Below, piece after piece: positions 29,101 through 41,260 of a DNA stretch of 64,000 bases; position 1 is the first letter of the stretch; the number at the start of each line of letters is the position of its first letter. The stretch lies in NCBI RefSeq assembly GCF_009914755.1, contig NC_060930.1. One strand, 5' to 3'. The position numbers were made by a program, and so were the translations under genes. The notes beneath the pieces are model-generated. The model was not told the origin of the DNA. It saw nothing but the letters and a program-made list of their open reading frames with translations, and did not search any database. This stretch comes from the human T2T-CHM13v2.0 reference genome, Homo sapiens.

Positions 29101-29961
29101 AAAATATTGCTAAGTACAACACTCAAATTTTATCATATTTTCTACCTTTCAAACTTAGAGGTAAACAAAAGTCCTGAAAACCTAGGTTTGACCATAAGTT
29201 GGGACCATACGAGCATAGAAGGTTTGAGAATATGGCTTTCTTTCTCTGCTAACTGTACTCCCAGCACCTTTCCTTGAGTCACACTAGAGTTATCTAAGGA
29301 GCCAGAATCCACCAGAACTAAGACACCAAAGGTAATAGCATAGCCAAAGCACTGGAAAAATGTGCTTTCATAAGAGTTGCACTGCTCTGCAGGATACACA
29401 TGGCTTTGAAAGTGGTTTTGAGATTAAAGACAGGGACTCACACTGAGGGTATATTCCAAGTCTCCACAAAGATGTCCTCTTGGCACAGGATCAGGACAAA
29501 GCCTAGAAATGCTGACTGCAGCAACTGAAGCAAATCCCAAAACCACATGACCGTTCAACAGAACACACGGATACTTGTTCTCCACACATGTATGTTGGGG
29601 TTTGGATAGGATTTCAAAATAGTTCACACTCAGCATCTTCTATTTCCAGGATCTTATTTGATGACCCCCTTCTCTTTCAATTATTTGATCAGAAGACTTG
29701 GAAAACATGACTCGACTTCATTTTCCTATTCATCTCAGAATTAATTTACATGCTGTATTTGCCATTTATGTGGTGCATTTATGTTCTGTGCCTTTTTTTT
29801 AAATCTCATGTTAGCAGAAATTTTAGACCTGTTTAAATTATATTTATTTGCAGGTGACTAGTAAAATGAGGATAATACAGTATGAACATGTTCCCTCTTC
29901 TTCCTGCTTTCTTTCTTTCTATTATGTTAAGTCCTCAGATACTCAAAACTGAAATACATCT

Positions 29962-30315
29962 TGATATGGTTTGGCTGTGTCCCCACCCAAATCTCAACTT
30001 GAATTGTATCTCCCAGAATTCCCATGTGTTGTGGGAGGGACCCAGGGGGAGGTAATTGAATCATGGGGGCCGGTCTTTCCCATGCTATTGCCGTGATAGT
30101 GAATAAGTCTCACAAGATCTGATGGGTTTATCAGGGGTTTCTGCTTTTGCTTCTTCCTCATTTTCTCTTGCTGCTGTCATGTGAGAGATGCCTTTCATCT
30201 CCCACCATGATTCTGAGGCCTCCCCAGCCATGTGGAACTGTAAGTCCAATTAAAGCTCTTTTTCTTCCCAGTCTTGGGTATGTCTTTATCAGCAGCATGA
30301 AGATGGACTAATACA
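29962..30315 (+). mobile_element. THE1A-like solo LTR
   Basis: TGATATGGTTTGGCTGTGTCCCCACCCAAATCTCAACTTG...GGACTAATACA, 354 bp; TSD CATCT/CATCC. Confidence 0.93.
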
Positions 30316-30589
30316 CATCCACTACATGATTACCAATATCTGTGGGCCAGTTATAAACTGCTTCATATAAATTTTGCAGTTAATAAACTGACTTAGGATT
30401 TGGTCAGTTTGGTCCCTAAATTTAAGGGAGAAAGGGTGTGTCTGTGTGTGTGTGAGTGTGTGTGTGTAAAAGAAGAAATATCAAAGCATACACATATCTA
30501 TAGAGGCAACACTAACAACAAATAAGGAACATTCACTATGAGAAGAAGCCCAACCTATTACCCATTAAAAAAATTTAAAGCACAAATAG

Positions 30590-30932
<343 letters not shown>

Positions 30933-31402
30933 AAGAAGTTTTAAAATGTAGAATGCACCACAGACGAAGAGAAACGGCAAGGCTCTGTTTAATCCTCCCA
31001 TTTTCCATAGATGTCATTTACAAATTCAGATAGCAGTCTCCTCATACATCAGCAAAAGAGTTCTCCCACCACAAAAGCTCAAAGTCTTTTTTTAAATAGC
31101 AAATGAAAACTTGGTAAATGTTTGAAAAATCCTGGCCCTTCAGTAAAACTCTTGTTGAAGAGTGTGCCTGTGTCATTCCAGAAAGAGTACCAACACAAAC
31201 TGTCAGTTTCATGTAGGTCACAATTGCTCATGGTTTTACAATCATATTAACTTAGAAAGAAAACATACATTTTCCCCATCTCATTCTTATTACTCCTAAA
31301 AGAAGAATCCATTAGGGAGTCTGTTTAATTTTACACGTGTGAAAATTCTCTGAGCATGAGACACGGGATTCTAAATATACTTGCTTTTTCCTTATGGTAT
31401 AA

Positions 31403-31750
<348 letters not shown>

Positions 31751-33429
31751 TAATAGCAAATGCAATTCATGAAGGAGTGAAGTTAAAATATGAACAATAA
31801 TTATTTACTACTTATATATTAGGTAACTAAAGGTGTGACATCTAATAGGATCTAGCCAATTAGTTAAGTGGCAGACAGCAAAGCTCTAAAAAATAAATTC
31901 TCTACTTGATTCATGTCTCTCAATTACCACATTTTAAAGTTAAGCTTGAAAGTTATTAAAAATTGCAACCAAAACCCTACCACTAGCAATGATCAAAAAG
32001 CAAGCCTGTGGATTTTGGATTAGTTTTAATTCCTACTGATTTGGAAAAAGAAAATCCAAGTCCTTCTCACAAACACCCCCTCCTAATTAATCATCTTTCT
32101 AAAGTCGTCTGGTGGGGCAGAACAAAGTCAGCTTCTGCTTCAGCCACTTCAATCCTTTAGAGCCCAATTCATGGAGCTATTTGTATATCCGGGTCTATTC
32201 ATAGTTTTGAGCATATCTTGATAGAAATAGGCAGATATTAACAACCTCTTCAATTCTATCAAGTAGAGCTTCGACAATAAGTTAAGTTTCAATCCACAGA
32301 ATCCAGTGGCCGAGTTAGGATTGTTGTGCTCCAACGTGCCATTCCCATGCTACCCTTCAGGTGGATACACCTGTGTTTTCAAAGAGAGTCAGAGGCACAC
32401 TAGGGAAGCCCATGCAGGGGAAATCTATTGGATGTCATTTAGGATGAGGCATCAGCTTAGGTGTTTTCTCCTTAGTTTTCTCATCCAAATCAGAGCCCTG
32501 GCTTGAAGAGTTGTCTAATTGCAGACTTTTTCCCTTCCTTGGGGGCTGTATCTTCTTTACATTTTAATCATTATACTGGGAGGTCTTTTATAAATAGGAT
32601 GAAAATATAATTAAATATATTTGCAGATGATTTTTGAGAATGAAAGAGAAAGGTGTTAATAATGACACCAGGAAAACAGATATAAACCAGGACTGCCTGA
32701 ACAAATATGGATATATGGACACTATAAAGCCTCTAGGGTTTTAGAAAAGAAATGAAGACTCTCAATGGGTCCATATACCACCAGTGCTGTTTGGTGAACA
32801 CTTTGCCATCATTCAAAGCCCATTCCTTTGTAATTATTTTTTGTCTTTCACTTCAAATGTTCCCTGGCAAAGGAATCATCTGTTCTATCCAGCTCTCATC
32901 TTTGCAATATATCCAACTTACATTTGGCACAAGTAGATTATATATACATGGTCTTAAACACAGTAGAAGAGATAGTAATAGGAATGAATGAAAAATCAAG
33001 TAATATGCTGGTTTGCCAGAGAAATACTGATGTTCAAAATGTTGACCAGGTTCTTCAGGATTGCTTAAAGTTTGCTTGGAACTATTCATCATAATTTATT
33101 TGACAGTGTCCTTAGTATTCTCACTAGTGAAATGTCTTATACAAACTAATGAATGATTAGAATACCATTCAGAGAATCATCATCATTACTATGCATGGTT
33201 TATCATGTGGGATTTTTTCTTTTGGCTTGAGTGTATTTCAAGTATAAATTTTCTATTCTATAATATTTTTCATTCTAGTCTTTAAAAAGTGGGTATCGAA
33301 AATATAGATGCATTTTCCATTGTGTGATTTTTTTCCTTCAGTTTCTAATCGTTAGTAGCTATATAACCTTTGTAGATATTTTGAACTGCTTTTGATAAGT
33401 ACCTTTTGCTTAATTAGAAAGTTATGTTA

Positions 33430-34266
33430 AAAAAGAAATGCAAATCAAAACCACAATGATGTACCACTTCATACCCTTTAAGATGGCTAAAATACAAAAG
33501 ATAATAACAAGTGTTGACAAGGATGTGGAGAAATCAAAACCATCATGCCCTACTGATGAAAATGTAAAATGATGCAGCCACTTAGCAAAATAGTTTGGCA
33601 GTTCCTCAAAGAGTTAAGCATAGAGTTATCATGTGACCCAGCAATTCCACTCCATGGTATTGAACCAAGAGAAATGAAGCCAAGTGTACACACAAAAATT
33701 CTTACAAATAGTGGTGCTATGAGTGTACATACAAATGCATTTATAGCACCATTATTTGTAAGAACCAAAAAGCAGGAAAAATCTATAAATTAATAAAGGG
33801 ATAAATAAATAAATTAATTAATGGATCAACTAAATAGAAAGAATAGCTGTCAACTAATAAATGGATATATTCATTCAAGGGAATATTATTCAGAATAAAA
33901 AGAAATGAAGTACTGATATATGCTACAACATGGATGAATCTGGAAAACATTATGTTAAATGAAAAAAGCTAGTCACAAAAAAACCTCACATATTATATGA
34001 TTTCATTTGTATGAAATGTCCAGAATAGGAAAATCTATGAAGACAGAAAATAGATTTGTGGTTTCCTAGGACTGAAAGGATGGGGAGGTTAGAATATGAC
34101 AGCTAAGGAGTGCAAGGTTTTGTGGGGTAATAAAAATATTCTAAAGTTGATTGTGATGATGGACACTCAACTGTCAATACATTAAACACCAGCGAGTTGT
34201 ATACTTTAAATGGGTGAATTATATACCATGTGAGGTTTATCTCAATAAAACTGTTTTTTAAAAAAA
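33430..34266 (+). mobile_element. L1MB-type 3' fragment
   Basis: GAAATGCAAATCAAAACCACAATGA...GACCCAGCAATTCCACTCC...TCTCAATAAAACTG plus A-rich tail. Confidence 0.85.
33699..33764 (+). other. Inverted repeat / pre-miRNA-like hairpin
   Basis: Arms 33699-33720 and 33743-33764 are 21/22 reverse-complementary; as + strand RNA the stem extends to 29 bp with G-U pairs around an 8-nt loop. Confidence 0.85.
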
Positions 34267-34669
34267 GGTAGTTAGGATATATTTTTCTTACAAAACTGTA
34301 GGCCAAGAACACATTCATTCATAAGTAAGAGACGATCACAAAAAATACATAAAATTAAAATAGAAGCACATTAGCAGGCAAATCAATTGCTAGTTAAATC
34401 ATGAAATGTGTAACTCAGTAACGAGTGATTTCTAAAAGTCCCACATGAAGGGAGAAAACACAAATCCTAGGCAGTTAAATTCCTAGTTGAGTAATGATAA
34501 AAAGATAAGTTGCAGAGCTATGAAGATGAATTTTCATAGCTGGGCAGATCCTTCTAGATTTATTCCTGACAGAAGATCTGCTCATTAAGCCAAGAAGTAG
34601 AAATTATGGTTGAACAATATAATCACTTTTAACCTGTACTCGCATATGAATTTAGCATTTCCTCAACTT

Positions 34670-34880
34670 AGAATAGTGGTTATGAGTGTGAGATATGGAA
34701 TTTAAATCAGTTTGGGCTTGAATCCTCTGTAATTTAAAAGCTGCATGACCCAATTTAATGTTCTTCACTTCTCTAGGTTTCAGTCTCAGCATCTCTAAAA
34801 TAATATGTGCTTTATAAGTGCTATAATAAACAGAAATTCTCTTGGTGTATAATAAGCACTCAATTTACTATTTTTATTAT
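34670..34880 (+). mobile_element. MIR
   Basis: ATAGTGGTTATGAGTGTG...GTTTCAGTCTCAGCATCTCTAAAAT...AATAAGCACTCAAT. Confidence 0.55.
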
Positions 34881-35589
34881 TCCTGCTTTTAAAAAAATCA
34901 GATACAGGCAGTCATAGCTTGAAGCATCTTTCCTTTGGCAATAGACTTCAGGGAAACATACTGAAGTAAGCACAAATGTCTCCTAATGAGACTGAAACTT
35001 TAGTATCGAATTGCCATGTGACTCCATCAGTGATGAGTGAGGATAAAAATCTAAAAAGCACTCGTTAAGTTGAAAATGATACAGTATCTTATCCAATGGA
35101 AAATTATCCCAGTTATTCTGACATTGGAGAATCATGAACCGGGGCCATGAAAACATTTCAATGCTCTGTGGAGTAAGTGAACATTTATACACATTTATTC
35201 ACAATTTGCTGTGTCTCCTGATCTACTTTAAATTTTAAAATATTTTATTTTACCTTTTTTATGCTTTGGTTTTACCTTAGAAAGTATTGGCTAACTTTTT
35301 GCTTCTTTCCCAAGCTTTTGTGTTGGAAGAAAATCTAGGAAAATCTCCAAAGTATCCTCAGAAATAACTGATAATGGTGCTTTCAAGTTTTCTGAGATTA
35401 CTAATAGAAACAATGACACCATCATATTATAAGTCATTTTAATGAAAAATATATTACTTTCCATATTGCAAAATAGTTGAATATTGGAATATAGAAATAA
35501 TTATTGTTGCAAAATGAAGAGATCACCTATTTTTAAAAAACATATAACCCTTCTAAACTCAATAGGAGAAATAACATCTAATAGCATGG

Positions 35590-35850
35590 CAAGGAGACAT
35601 TTCAACATAATACAAAGGATTAAGACTGCTAGATCTGACATCAGACTATTGGGTTTTAGTTTCTGCTTCTCCTGATTGCTAACTATGTTTCTGGGAAATT
35701 ACCTACTCTGCATTGATTTTATTAACTGTTAAATATTAATATAGTAATAATAATACCTGTCTTATTTTCTGTTTCTGTTAGAATGTGAAAATTATTTAGA
35801 AGAAGGCTTGACAGGTATTAACTGTTCAATAAAGGTGTTGTCAGTTAATA
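35590..35850 (+). mobile_element. MIR
   Basis: GGATTAAGACTG...GGGAAATTACCTACTCTG...TGTTCAATAAAGGTG. Confidence 0.55.
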
Positions 35851-35949
35851 TTTTTTAACTACTCAAACCAAGAGGGCAATAAAATACCCAGATTCCCTTA
35901 CGTTAAGATGTTCCAATTATTTATGAGTATGAATTAGAAAATAGCCTTC

Positions 35950-36365
35950 TTAGAGCAACAGACTATTTTGTGCTGATTTTTGCAACCCTAGTATCCCCTC
36001 CAGTGCCTGCGTGTAGTTGGCAGGTGATAAACCAATGTGGACCACACCTCCCCAAGACAGGCATGCCTGGATCCCTGAGTTTAACCTCAACTTTGAAGTC
36101 TTTGCCTCAGAAGCCCCTTCTCGTGACACCTAGTTAAAAACAGTTGATCACTCCCACCCTTCTCAGCTCACTACCTATTTTCCTCACATCTCTTAACACT
36201 TTCACAAATTTTCTTTTATTTGCTTCCTTATTATTTTTACCCTACTAGGATATAAAGTTCACAGAGCTCATGAGACTTGTTGGTGTTTTAATTTCCATCA
36301 CATCAGTGCCCAGAACAGTGCCGGAAACATAATAGTTTCTCCACAGATATCTGCCAAATGAAGGA
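35950..36365 (+). mobile_element. L2 3' fragments
   Basis: CAGTGCCCAGAACAGTGCCGGAAACATAATAG...TATCTGCCAAATGAAGG (L2 tail). Confidence 0.6.
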
Positions 36366-36445
36366 ATTTATTTTTGGATGAAGACATAGTGTTATGAAAT
36401 AGGACAGTAAATTGTAAAGAAGAGATACTTCTTGTTTTTTCATCT

Positions 36446-36833
36446 TGTTGCATTTTGGGTTTTCTAGAAAGCGAACTTCGGTTTTGAGATGTTTACTAGG
36501 GAGTGTCACTTGGATCAATACCTGTGGAAGGAGAGGTGAAATGTGGGGTCGATCAAGGGAGGAACCCACCTATGATTCAGACCAGCAGCCTTGGCCATCT
36601 CGGAGTTAATGTGGCTCAACTTCATATTTTTCCTGTGTTAAAACCACATGGCCTTTTCTTCACACCTTTGCCTCAATCAGTCATTGTGTGTGGCCCACCC
36701 ACAAAATGATGTAACCTTGGCAGCTCACCTCTGCAGCTGAGGTGATCTGAAAGGGCTGACAGCTGAAGGCTGTGGGGCAACAAGTCCTCCTTCCTTACAG
36801 AGGGATCTGGGTGGGACGTCACATCACCACACA
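36446..36833. mobile_element. Old MaLR (MLT1-class) LTR
   Basis: TG...CA bounded segment with GTTTACTAGGGAGTG...AATACCTGTGGAAGG and GGGATCTGGGTGG motifs. Confidence 0.5.
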
Positions 36834-36859
36834 TTCTGTTTTTCCCATTCTTTTATACT

Positions 36860-37260
36860 TTTCATTTATTCATTCAACAAATACCAGTGTGTATTTTCCA
36901 TGAGCCAAGCACCATCTCAAGTTCCAGAATGTTAACACTGAACAAAACAAAGTCCTTTCCCTCAAGGAGCTAACATTCTAGAAAGGGAAGATAAGCAACA
37001 ACCAAGCATACACGCATGTGTAATTAGTCAGGAAATAATAAGTGTAATGAGGAAAACCCCTTCAGGACTAAAGCTAGGAAGTGATATGTTAGCTGACATC
37101 TGAAGGAAGTGAGGGAGAAAGCCACACTTACACAGAGCATACTAGGCAGTAGCACCAGCGAGTGAGAAGCCCTAATATATTCAAGCAGCCAGGAGGGGCC
37201 AGTGTGGGAGGATTGCAGGCCACAAGGCCAGTGAGGTAATTGGGGGCTGATTTATGAGTT
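36860..37260 (-). mobile_element. L2 fragment
   Basis: TTCATTCAACAAATAC...CCCTCAAGGAGCTAACATTCTAG antisense L2 end. Confidence 0.7.
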
Positions 37261-37770
37261 GTATTCTAAAGTTCAGATTTGGAAACAGATTTTTTTTCCA
37301 GTAGTTTCCTGAATTTCTGCCCGAAATTTACTCTTTTATCCTGACTAGGGATATTTAGTTTGAGATTTCATGATTCCTCCTATGTATATACTTTTCCATG
37401 GACTTATTCGACTGTTTACAAGCAAGGGGCACGAAAAGTCTTTGTAACCAATGATTATAATTTTCTTTCACAGTTGAAATCTCCCAGATGTTTGCTGTGT
37501 TTTCCACTATCCCGAGAGAGGCTTTAGATGCGTCTGCTTGTGGAATTAACATGCTACGTCTCATTTTCCTTTCCTTGGAGGATGTGTTCTTTTGAGAGGT
37601 TTTATTTTTAATTACTTTTCCTTTCTATTGTTAGTGTCGGTGATTTGAGATGGATACGACATCTATTTTGGTACACAGTGCTCCATAACATTTGTCACAA
37701 TAGCAGAAGTACTGCTAGACAAAACTAAAACCAAAAAGGCAATGTTCTGCACTCTAATCAGGGGGAAAAA

Positions 37771-37912
37771 TGAGTCATTCCTCCTAGTATTCTTTAGAGA
37801 AACCAGGTGGTTTTATCATAAATATTCTACTTAAACATATGTAAGTCATTATGCATCACAAAGGAGACAGGCAAACAAGATCAAAGTTCAAATCTTCAAC
37901 TGGTATCAATCA
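37771..37912. promoter_or_regulatory. Candidate endoderm/liver-type enhancer motif cluster
   Basis: AP-1 TGAGTCA, FOXA (TGTTTGCCT on -) abutting DR1/HNF4- and TCF-like AGATCAAAGTTCA, ONECUT-like TATCAAT. Confidence 0.3.
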
Positions 37913-39392
37913 AGAGAAGCAAGGACAGAAGATGGGGGTGGGATCAGGTATTCTCAAGGCCCAGAGGAAGCTAATTCACTGAATTGCAGCATCAAACACC
38001 TTGTCTCCAAAGCTCACTGCAGCACAACCCAGAGCAAACTTAAGCCAACTTCAGTTGGAGAAACTTCTCCAGCATCTGAGTTCACAACTGCATGCTCAAT
38101 TTGTCCTGAGAGTCCTCAGAAGGATGGTTCTAGGAGAAATGGTGACTCCTTCTCATGCTTTGCTTGAGGCCTCAGAATGTACACCTATGCCAAAAGAAGT
38201 TTAGAATTACTCTCATTCAGCCAGAGATAAGGGAAATAATAGAAAATGAGGGGAAATGTTGCACAGGGTTGAACAGAAATTAAAAACTAGAGAATGATTT
38301 CTTACCAACCACATATATTCTTTTCCTCCCTGAAAGTAGGTGAAGAGTGCACTGTAATACTATGCCCTCTCATCTCTCTTTCATAACGGGAAAGACAGAA
38401 AACTGATCTTCCTTTGAGAGATGAACAAACTCTGTCTGATACACCCTCAATGGCCCTGATATGAGTTGGAGAATAGTCAGGGTCTACATAAAGGCAGCAA
38501 ATTCTTCAGCAGGTGCCTTGCGAATAGCCTGCCAGCAGCTGACATTTGACATACTATCTTTGCTTTTCTACCAGAAAGAAGAATATAGAATTGAAATAAC
38601 ATTCCTTATTCATCCACAGCCAAGAAATGAATGACAGGGACCAAAGAGCCTTACAAGGCACACAAATTAAATTAAAAGCTTGGAGCCTTTAGCAAAGACA
38701 ACAGTAAAATGGGGTTTCAGAAGTCCCAGATTTTTATTTCTCTTGTTTTTCATGTGTGCCTTCCTTTTTTAACTTTGCGTCTACCTCTGACTCTTAAATC
38801 ACAGCCCTCCCCCTTTTTTTTCCTCTGGTCTTCTATGTTAGATAGGATGCTAACAGGATGGTACAAAGAAATGAGACACTGATATTGCCTGGAGAGTTAA
38901 GATGAACTTTATAGGAATGTAGGGCACAAAGTTGAAGTGAACTTGATAGATGGAAAGCAAATGGATATCCCAATCAGAAGTAAAAAACAAGAGCATGCAG
39001 TACACACCAAATAGTTTTTGCTGGGAACAGTGGGAAACTGTGCCTGTGGCAGAGGTTGGGAGATGGTGAAAAAGGAGGGGTTGTGGGTGGGCTACGGCAG
39101 CTGCTAGGAGCCTTAGTAGAGATAATAACTTTCTTTACATGTCATGCACTCCTGCTCTGTAAATTCCTGCCTCCTCCCCATGACTACAATGTAACTCCAT
39201 TCCTTAGTCCCAGTTGAAAGGTCCAGTCATTTTCTCCTGTTCTGAGATAGACTGAGTTCTTATGCTGATGGGGATGAAGTTTTGGATGAGGATGAAGAAG
39301 AAATAAAGAATCTTCTTTTGGTTCCTGGACCATAAAATATAAAATTCATATATCATCAAGAGTTCTTTGCAAACAACAGAATGGTTCCATTA

Positions 39393-39424
39393 AGCAACTA
39401 TACATATATATATATATATATAGC

Positions 39425-39464
<40 letters not shown>
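39393..39464. repeat. Compound (TA)n microsatellite with duplicated AGCAAC flank
   Basis: AGCAAC(TA)n unit present twice; second tract is about (TA)18. Confidence 0.95.
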
Positions 39465-39468
<4 letters not shown>

Positions 39469-39884
39469 AGGATACTAAGAACATAACAGAATCATAAGAA
39501 TATATGAACAAACTTAGGGAAACAGAAGAATCTGACTCTTTGGATCTAGTATCAAGATCTCAGGGACCATCTCCTTAGAGTGCTGCAGTTGAAATGCTCA
39601 GATCCAATCACTTTCCTTTTTCATTTGCCTTCCCTTGAGATACAAATTTCCACATGGAAATTGTGATTGACCTAGTGTAAATCACATATCAACTTCTTTG
39701 GGATGGGATTAGGGTTGAGGAGGGAGAGATAATCCTGTAACTGCCATCCCAGCAAAACCAGTGCTAATGGGAGAAGGTCAGACATGCACCCAAAAGAAGG
39801 GATACCCAGAAGACCAAAACCAGATGGGTCCATTATAATTTGGGACAGGACGTTCATGTTTTCTATCATGACAACAAAAAATAT

Positions 39885-40182
39885 GATGAGGTACAATGGC
39901 TCAGGCCTGTAATCCCAGCACTTTGAGAGGCTGAGGCAGGGTGGGCGGGATTGCTTGAGTCCAGGAGTTCGAGACCAGCCTGGACAACTTGGTGAAACCC
40001 TATCTCTACAAAAAGTACAAAAATTAGCCAGGTGTGGTGGGTTGTGCCTGTAGTCTTGGCTACTCAGAAGGCTGAGGCAGGAGGATCACTTGAACCCAGG
40101 AGGTGGAGGTTGCAGTGAGCTGAGATAGCACTACTGTACTCCAGCCTGGGTGACAGAGTGAGACTCTGCTTAAAAAAAAAAA
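39885..40182 (+). mobile_element. Alu (old, AluJ-like)
   Basis: Diverged dimeric Alu with GGATTGCTTGAG and GAGGATCACTTGAA; poly-A tail. Confidence 0.93.
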
Positions 40183-40309
40183 TTGCAGAAGAAAAAGGAA
40201 GCTGGGAGGGAGTGGGGAGTAAGGAAGAGAGAGAAAATAAGTAATTAGAAATGTCAGCAATCTCAGATGTCAGGTTTGCAACCCAAGGAACTCAACAAAT
40301 ACACCGTAA

Positions 40310-41045
40310 AAATCAATAGCACGCTCCTATGAGTAACTACTATGTGCTAGACACCATTATAAGTGTTGCAGATATAAATCTTATTTAATAGTCTCAACAA
40401 TCCAGTGAGGCATGTCAGGTGTTCCCAACCCTTTTTAAGCCTTAGAATTATATGAGGAGATTTTTAATAATAGCAAATAAGGGGGTAAGCTCCAAGCCTC
40501 ACTGTTGTTTAAAAGCTCTTCATTTGATTCCAAATGCGAAATGGGTTAATAATCAGTGAAGGGCCAGGCACGATGGCTCACGTCTGTAATCCCAGCACTT
40601 TGGGAGGCCAAAGTGGGCAGATCACGAGTTCAAGAGATTGAGACTATCCTGGCCAATATGGTGAAACCCCGTCTCTAATAAAAATACAAAAAATTAGCTG
40701 GGCATGATGGCACGTGCTGTGGTCCCAGCCACTCGGAGGCTGAGGTAGGAGAATCGCTTGAACCCGGAGGTGGAGGTTGCAGTGAGCCGAGATTGTGCCA
40801 CTGCACTCCAGCCTGGCGACAGAGCGAAACTCCGTCAAAAAAAAAAAAAAAAAGAAAGAAAGAAAGGAAGGAAGGAAGGAAGGAAGGAAGGAAGGAAGAA
40901 AGAAAGAAAGAAAAGAATCAGTGAAGTAGGCATGATCAACACCTCCATTTTTCAAGAGAAAAACTCAGCTCAGAGAGGTTAACTAGCTCAATAATTACAT
41001 GATAAAGCCAGTCTGGCTCTAAAATTTGAGTTCATACACTATGTG
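40310..41045 (-). mobile_element. MIR interrupted by a MER5-like element (~40416-40558) and an Alu
   Basis: TACTATGTGCTAGACACC...CTCAACAATCCAGTGAGG, resuming after the Alu as CCATTTTTCAAGAGAAAAACTCAGCTCAGAGAGGTTAA. Confidence 0.6.
40562..40915 (+). mobile_element. Alu (AluSc-like) with A/(GAAA)n/(GGAA)8 tail
   Basis: GATCACGAGTTCAAGAGATTGAGAC; TSD AATCAGTGAAG. Confidence 0.96.
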
Positions 41046-41260
41046 GTGGCAAAAGCATCCTCTGGCTTAAACATAAATGGATTCAAAGCCTTATGCTCCA
41101 CTTAGTAAGTATTTGGTCTTGAGCAAATAATTTAACCCCTAATTACTCAGTTATAAAGTGGGCATAATAGTAACTACCTCACTGTGCTTGTGTGAGGATT
41201 CCAGAAAATCAGATGCATGTAACATATAAGGTGCTCAGTAAATGGCAGTTACTATTCCTT
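41045..41260 (+). mobile_element. MIR
   Basis: GGTCTTGAGCAAATAATTTAACC...TACCTCACTGTGCTTGTGTGAGGATT...AAGGTGCTCAGTAAATG. Confidence 0.7.

Noticed and set aside
30219-30231. PRDM9 hotspot motif position in THE1A
   Set aside because: Sequence is CCTCCCCAGCCAT, which misses CCNCCNTNNCCNC at positions 7 and 13
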